DNA from: Eubacteriales bacterium
GTDB lineage: Bacteria; Bacillota; Clostridia; Oscillospirales; CAG-382
Reading direction: 5' to 3'
Length of the DNA: 64,000 nt
Assembly (NCBI GenBank): GCA_045533335.1
Contig: JAZSHQ010000021.1
Span: 2,648-66,647 of the forward strand
In this document: piece after piece, positions 60,206-64,000 of the stretch
Numbering within the stretch: position 1 is the first letter of the stretch
How the letters are laid out: each line of letters opens with the position of its first letter
Notes under the pieces: generated by a model
The model's input: the letters and a program-made list of their open reading frames with translations, nothing else
The model's database searches: none
What the model was told of the DNA's origin: nothing
Position numbers and translations under genes: made by a program

Positions 60206-61477
60206 TCATTCCATCCTTTCGATCTCGCTTCTGCATAAAAACAGCAGGAACAGATTGGGAAACATCATTAATGCGTTAAAAATATCCGCCGCGGCAAACG
60301 CCGCCTCGCCCGATATAAAAACACCTAAAAACGAACAAAGGGCAAAGCAGGTGCGGTATAGAAAAAACACGAATTTACCGTTCGGGAAGGCATAGGCTAT
60401 ACAGCATTCGGCGTAATAGCACCAGCTTATCACCGAGGCAAAGGCGAACACTGCGGTAAGAAGCGCAAAGCCGTAAATGCCGATACTTCCGAAGGCTCTT
60501 CCGAACATATCCGAAACACTTACGTCCCCGCACGAAAGCAGGCAGAGCGCGGTAATCGTCGAAACAACAAAGCTGTCGAAGAATACCTCGAATATGCCCC
60601 ACCTTGCCTGAATTTCGTTTTCCTCGGTTTCAGCGGTGGCGTGGGCAAGCGGGGAAGAGCCCATACCCGCCTCGTTCGAAAAAAGGCTTCGCGCAAAGCC
60701 CTCGCGCAGAGTGTGCGCCAGCAACGCGCCCGAAAATCCGCCGTAAAGCGAATCAAATCCGAACGCCTCGCGGAATATACTGCCAAAGGAAGAAATTATC
60801 CCGCGGTGGTTGATAATAAGAATAAATATGCAGGCAAGCAGATATACAAGCGACGCCGCAGGAACAAGAAGAGAATTAACAGCCGCTATGCGTTTTCTTC
60901 CGCCGAACACGGCGAGAGCGACCGCGCAAAAGCAGATTATCCCGCTTGTTGCACCGCTCGCTCCGATACCGCGCAGCGATAAAGCCACCGCCCCCGTTTG
61001 GGTAATATTTCCCGTGCAGAACGAGGCGAGTAGGCAGGCAATACAGAAAAAACAGGCGATTTTCGGGTAACCGAGTGTGCCCAAACGGAACGGTGCGCCG
61101 CCGCTGGTTATTCCGCCCGCGCTTTTTCTGCCGTTCAAAGCGATCTTCACCTCGGCGTATTTAAGTCCCGTGCCCAAGAAGGAGCAGACCCACATCCAAA
61201 ATATGCTCCCCGCACCGCCGACCGAAAGTGCGTAGCCGACTCCGATTATACTTCCGACCCCGACTGTTCCCCCGAGCGCCGTCGCGACTGCCGCTATCGG
61301 CGAAACGCCGTTGCCTTTTTCTTTATTAAGCGAGCCGAGCAGGCCTTTTGCGGTCGAAAGCAACGCGCGCGGGCGGTAAAAACCGCTTTTGAGCGAAAAA
61401 TATACCCCGAAAACAAGCAACAAAGCGAGCGTGGGCACTCCCCATAGGGCGTTTCTTATGCTTTCTATTCTCTTCAC
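60206..61477 (-). CDS. Alanine/glycine:cation symporter (AGCS) family transporter
   Basis: Polytopic 423-aa protein. The N-terminus LWGVPTLALLLVFGVYFSLKSGF and FSNEAGMGSSP resemble AGCS. 3-nt gap to the ATPase gene. Confidence 0.65.
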   Translation of the reverse strand: MKRIESIRNALWGVPTLALLLVFGVYFSLKSGFYRPRALLSTAKGLLGSLNKEKGNGVSPIAAVATALGGTVGVGSIIGVGYALSVGGAGSIFWMWVCSFLGTGLKYAEVKIALNGRKSAGGITSGGAPFRLGTLGYPKIACFFCIACLLASFCTGNITQTGAVALSLRGIGASGATSGIICFCAVALAVFGGRKRIAAVNSLLVPAASLVYLLACIFILIINHRGIISSFGSIFREAFGFDSLYGGFSGALLAHTLREGFARSLFSNEAGMGSSPLAHATAETEENEIQARWGIFEVFFDSFVVSTITALCLLSCGDVSVSDMFGRAFGSIGIYGFALLTAVFAFASVISWCYYAECCIAYAFPNGKFVFFLYRTCFALCSFLGVFISGEAAFAAADIFNALMMFPNLFLLFLCRSEIERME

Positions 61478-61534
61478 TCTCCTTCAAATGTTGACATTTT
61501 CTTTGCGCTGTGATATATTATAAGTAACTGTAAT

Positions 61535-62122
61535 TTGCGAAAGGCCGAGGTGGATATTTTGACAGAAACAGTTTTCAAACGAACATTCAAGGGCTACGAT
61601 CCCCAGCAGGTCGATGAATTTATTATCAGCCTGAGCGATACCTATTCTCAAAACGAAGCAGAGCTTACCGATAAGCTTCGTGCCGCCGAGGCAGAAAACG
61701 AAAGACTTAAGCAAGAAATTGCAAAGCTTAAAGCCGAAGCCGAAGCACGCGAGTTTGAACACGCCGCTTCTCTTGCCGAAACCAAGCGCGAAACCGACGC
61801 TATGTGTGCCGAGATAGGCGAAAAAATGGTGGTTGCAGATAAGCGCGCCGCCGAAATAATAAGAAACGCCGAAAAGGAAGCAGCAATAATTCTTACCGAC
61901 GCACGCCGCGGAAGCGAAAACGAGGCAAAGGCGATACGTGCCCGCGCCGAGGAGGAAGCTACCAAGCTGGTTGACGAGACCAAACGTAAATGCGAAAGCA
62001 TTACCGCCGCGGCAGAGGAATTCCGCGCGCGCCAGAACGAAATGAACAAATCGCTTATCGAATCCGAAAACCGTTTCAACACGGCGCTCAATAAGCTTCG
62101 CGAGGATATAGGAGAAAACTGA
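61535..62122 (+). CDS. DivIVA-domain protein
   Basis: FKRTFKGYDPQQVDEFI N-terminal DivIVA motif followed by a coiled coil. The true start is probably the TTG at 61559 or GTG at 61550 (RBS GAGGTG). Confidence 0.75.
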   Translation: MRKAEVDILTETVFKRTFKGYDPQQVDEFIISLSDTYSQNEAELTDKLRAAEAENERLKQEIAKLKAEAEAREFEHAASLAETKRETDAMCAEIGEKMVVADKRAAEIIRNAEKEAAIILTDARRGSENEAKAIRARAEEEATKLVDETKRKCESITAAAEEFRARQNEMNKSLIESENRFNTALNKLREDIGEN

Positions 62123-62125
62123 AAT

Positions 62126-63502
62126 ATGAATATATACGAGCAGGCAAGGGAGTATTTTGCAAACCCCGAAATAAGAGCTCAGGCGGTAAGCGATCTTGCC
62201 GAAATAATTAAGATTCCCTCTGTCGCAGGCGAAAGAGAGGGAATATACCCCTACGGTAAGGTCTGCGCAGAAGCACTCGATTGCGCCGCTCGCCTTGCCC
62301 AAAAATACGGCTTTACCGTTGAAAATCACGAATATCACTGTATGAGCATATTATACGGCGAAGGCGAAAACGAGGTAGGCATTGTTTGCCATCTCGACGT
62401 TGTCCCTGCGGGCGACGGCTGGAGCGTTCCCCCTTACGAGCTTACCGTGAACGAAAATCTGCTTATGGGCAGAGGTACTCACGACGATAAGGGTCCCTTT
62501 ATTCAAAGCCTTTATACCCTTCGCTTTTTCAAGGAAAACGGTATTAAGCTCCCCTTTGCGGTGCGTCTTATTTTGGGCAGCGACGAAGAGGTGGGCAGTA
62601 CCGACCTTGAATATTTCGTAACCGTGCGCAAGCCCCCGATGTTTTCCTTCACTCCCGATTCGGAATTTCCCGTTTGTATCGGTGAAAAAGGTATTCTTAC
62701 GGTGGAATGCGATTTTTCGGGACTTTGCGGCGATATTACCGAGCTTTGCGGCGGTACAGTTTCGAACGCAGTCCCCGGCGCGGCTTACGCGATAGTTGCA
62801 AAAACAGGTCTTCCCGAAGCAGAGGGCATTACCCTTACCGAATGCGAAAACGGCACAAGGGTCGAAGCCGTGGGCAAATCGGCGCACGCCGCTATGCCGG
62901 AATCGGGCGTCAACGCGATAAACCGACTTATCGCTTATCTTATCGAAAATAACCTTGCCGAACGCGAAGGCGCGCTTGCGCTTATTTGCGATTCAACAGC
63001 CGAATATCTCGGCAAAACGCTCGGTATCAACGCCGAAAATGAAGATTTCGGTTATCTTACCTGCGTCGGCGGTGTTATAAAAGCCGATAAAAACGCAATC
63101 ATTCAATCCTATAACATACGCTATCTGCCCGAAACGCCTTATGCCGAAATAGTTGCGGCTATCGAGCGTGCGGTATCGCCGTTCGGCGGAGCTGTGCGCG
63201 TTTGCGGTCAGTCCGACGGATATTTCGTTTCTGCCGACGATAAAAAGATAAAGGCATTAACGACCGCCTGCGAAAGCGTGCTCGGTATGGAATGCAAGCC
63301 CTACACAATGGGCGGCGGCACTTATGCGCGTTGGCTTCCCAATACGGTGGCGTTCGGCTCGGCGATAGAAAGCGAACGCAGATATTTGGGCGACGAGCGC
63401 GGCGGGCCTCACCAGCGCGACGAATATATTTCGGAACGCGAATTCTTCGACGGTATGCTTATCTATTCGCTTTCTATTAAGAATCTGTCGGATATTTTAT
63501 AA
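62126..63502 (+). CDS. pepV: M20-family dipeptidase (PepV/Sapep-like)
   Basis: GIVCHLDVVPAGDGW, GRGTHDDKGP and GSDEE metal-ligand motifs. 458 aa. Confidence 0.8.
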   Translation: MNIYEQAREYFANPEIRAQAVSDLAEIIKIPSVAGEREGIYPYGKVCAEALDCAARLAQKYGFTVENHEYHCMSILYGEGENEVGIVCHLDVVPAGDGWSVPPYELTVNENLLMGRGTHDDKGPFIQSLYTLRFFKENGIKLPFAVRLILGSDEEVGSTDLEYFVTVRKPPMFSFTPDSEFPVCIGEKGILTVECDFSGLCGDITELCGGTVSNAVPGAAYAIVAKTGLPEAEGITLTECENGTRVEAVGKSAHAAMPESGVNAINRLIAYLIENNLAEREGALALICDSTAEYLGKTLGINAENEDFGYLTCVGGVIKADKNAIIQSYNIRYLPETPYAEIVAAIERAVSPFGGAVRVCGQSDGYFVSADDKKIKALTTACESVLGMECKPYTMGGGTYARWLPNTVAFGSAIESERRYLGDERGGPHQRDEYISEREFFDGMLIYSLSIKNLSDIL

Positions 63503-64000
63503 TTTCAAAGGGTATCTCCCTTGCAATATTGCGCTTTACCAAGGCGTCTGCTTTAAGAAGGCAGACGCCCTTTTTATCGTCGAAATAAATTTCGCTTTTG
63601 CATTCAAGTATCTCGCAATCAAGCTCGGCAAGTCGGTCGTCGAGTGCGTCGCGGGCAAAAAGCGTTGCTTCTTCTTTATCTATATCGCTGTAAAGCGGGG
63701 TATATTCATCATAAGTCACGCGGTAAATACGAATGGGCAGTTCGATAAACCCGAAAAGCTTTATATCGCGCTCGGTGGCAACGGCATCGAAATATTCGTA
63801 ATCACATTCAAGCCCGCGAAACGAAGGAAGCTCTTTACCGAGCACGCGGCAGACCTGCCTTACCGTGCGGTTACCGGTATAGACCTTGGTAAGCCTTTTC
63901 ATCGGTATTTCGATCGCGATTTTTTCCTCGACAGCGGCGTAAACGATACCGCGGGCGTGGGTGGGAGTAAAGGAGCCGTTTCTGCCCTCGATAAAGGAAT
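63477..64000 (-). CDS. yqfD: Sporulation protein YqfD-like, C-terminal part (5' end beyond the window)
   Basis: The frame stays open upstream of the listed ATG to base 64000 (...SFIEGRNGSFTPTHARGIVYAAVEEKIAIEIPMKRLTKVYTG...), which is a YqfD-like pattern. Converges on and overlaps the pepV end by 26 nt. Confidence 0.5.
   Translation of the reverse strand, partial: SFIEGRNGSFTPTHARGIVYAAVEEKIAIEIPMKRLTKVYTGNRTVRQVCRVLGKELPSFRGLECDYEYFDAVATERDIKLFGFIELPIRIYRVTYDEYTPLYSDIDKEEATLFARDALDDRLAELDCEILECKSEIYFDDKKGVCLLKADALVKRNIAREIPFEIIKYPTDS

Noticed and set aside
61484-62338. A 284-aa minus-strand ORF.
   Set aside because: It is antisense to the DivIVA-domain gene and the pepV 5' end. Its Phe/Cys/Leu-rich composition mirrors the Glu/Ala/Lys-rich coiled coil on the other strand.

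Overview
This 64-kb chromosomal window looks like a Gram-positive, spore-forming, dockerin-encoding Clostridia-type genome. That placement is an inference from YqfD, DivIVA, an xpt-pbuX pair, a type-2 GalT and a secreted protein with a dockerin. Hand-counted 60-nt samples of core genes give about 57% G+C.

I can support about 55 protein genes and two intact tRNAs (Ser-CGA, Pro-CGG). Most genes are housekeeping, transport or carbohydrate functions: a giant GT84/GH94-like glucan synthase, ClC channel, ZIP and CDF transporters, hpt, xpt-pbuX, coaX, flavodiiron-rubredoxin, plsY, galT, mntP, glgB, trmL, a YtrA-type ABC operon, SPFH protein, P-type ATPase, AGCS symporter and pepV. The left edge carries an integrase plus Xis-like pair pointing at the 3' end of tRNA-Ser, which marks the end of an integrated element lying mostly off-window. 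I saw no rRNA, CRISPR array or transposase.

The main finding is a lower-GC, five-gene minus-strand operon (28347-35764) with its own near-consensus promoter, sitting between galT and plsY. It encodes:
- a TIR-domain fusion protein
- a 734-aa orphan
- a ParA/MinD-like ATPase with a KGGAGR Walker A
- a 751-aa orphan
- a tandem-duplicated AdoMetDC-like (pyruvoyl-enzyme fold) protein

I cannot match this gene set to any named defence system, and I flag it as a candidate undescribed conflict or anti-phage system.

The second finding concerns both tRNA genes. Each is preceded by a partial 5' copy of itself, and that copy is split at the conserved D-loop GG by a non-coding insert. The two inserts (106 and 153 nt) are homologous and share a hairpin with a compensatory base-pair change.

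All domain calls come from reading motifs in the supplied translations, and no database search was run.
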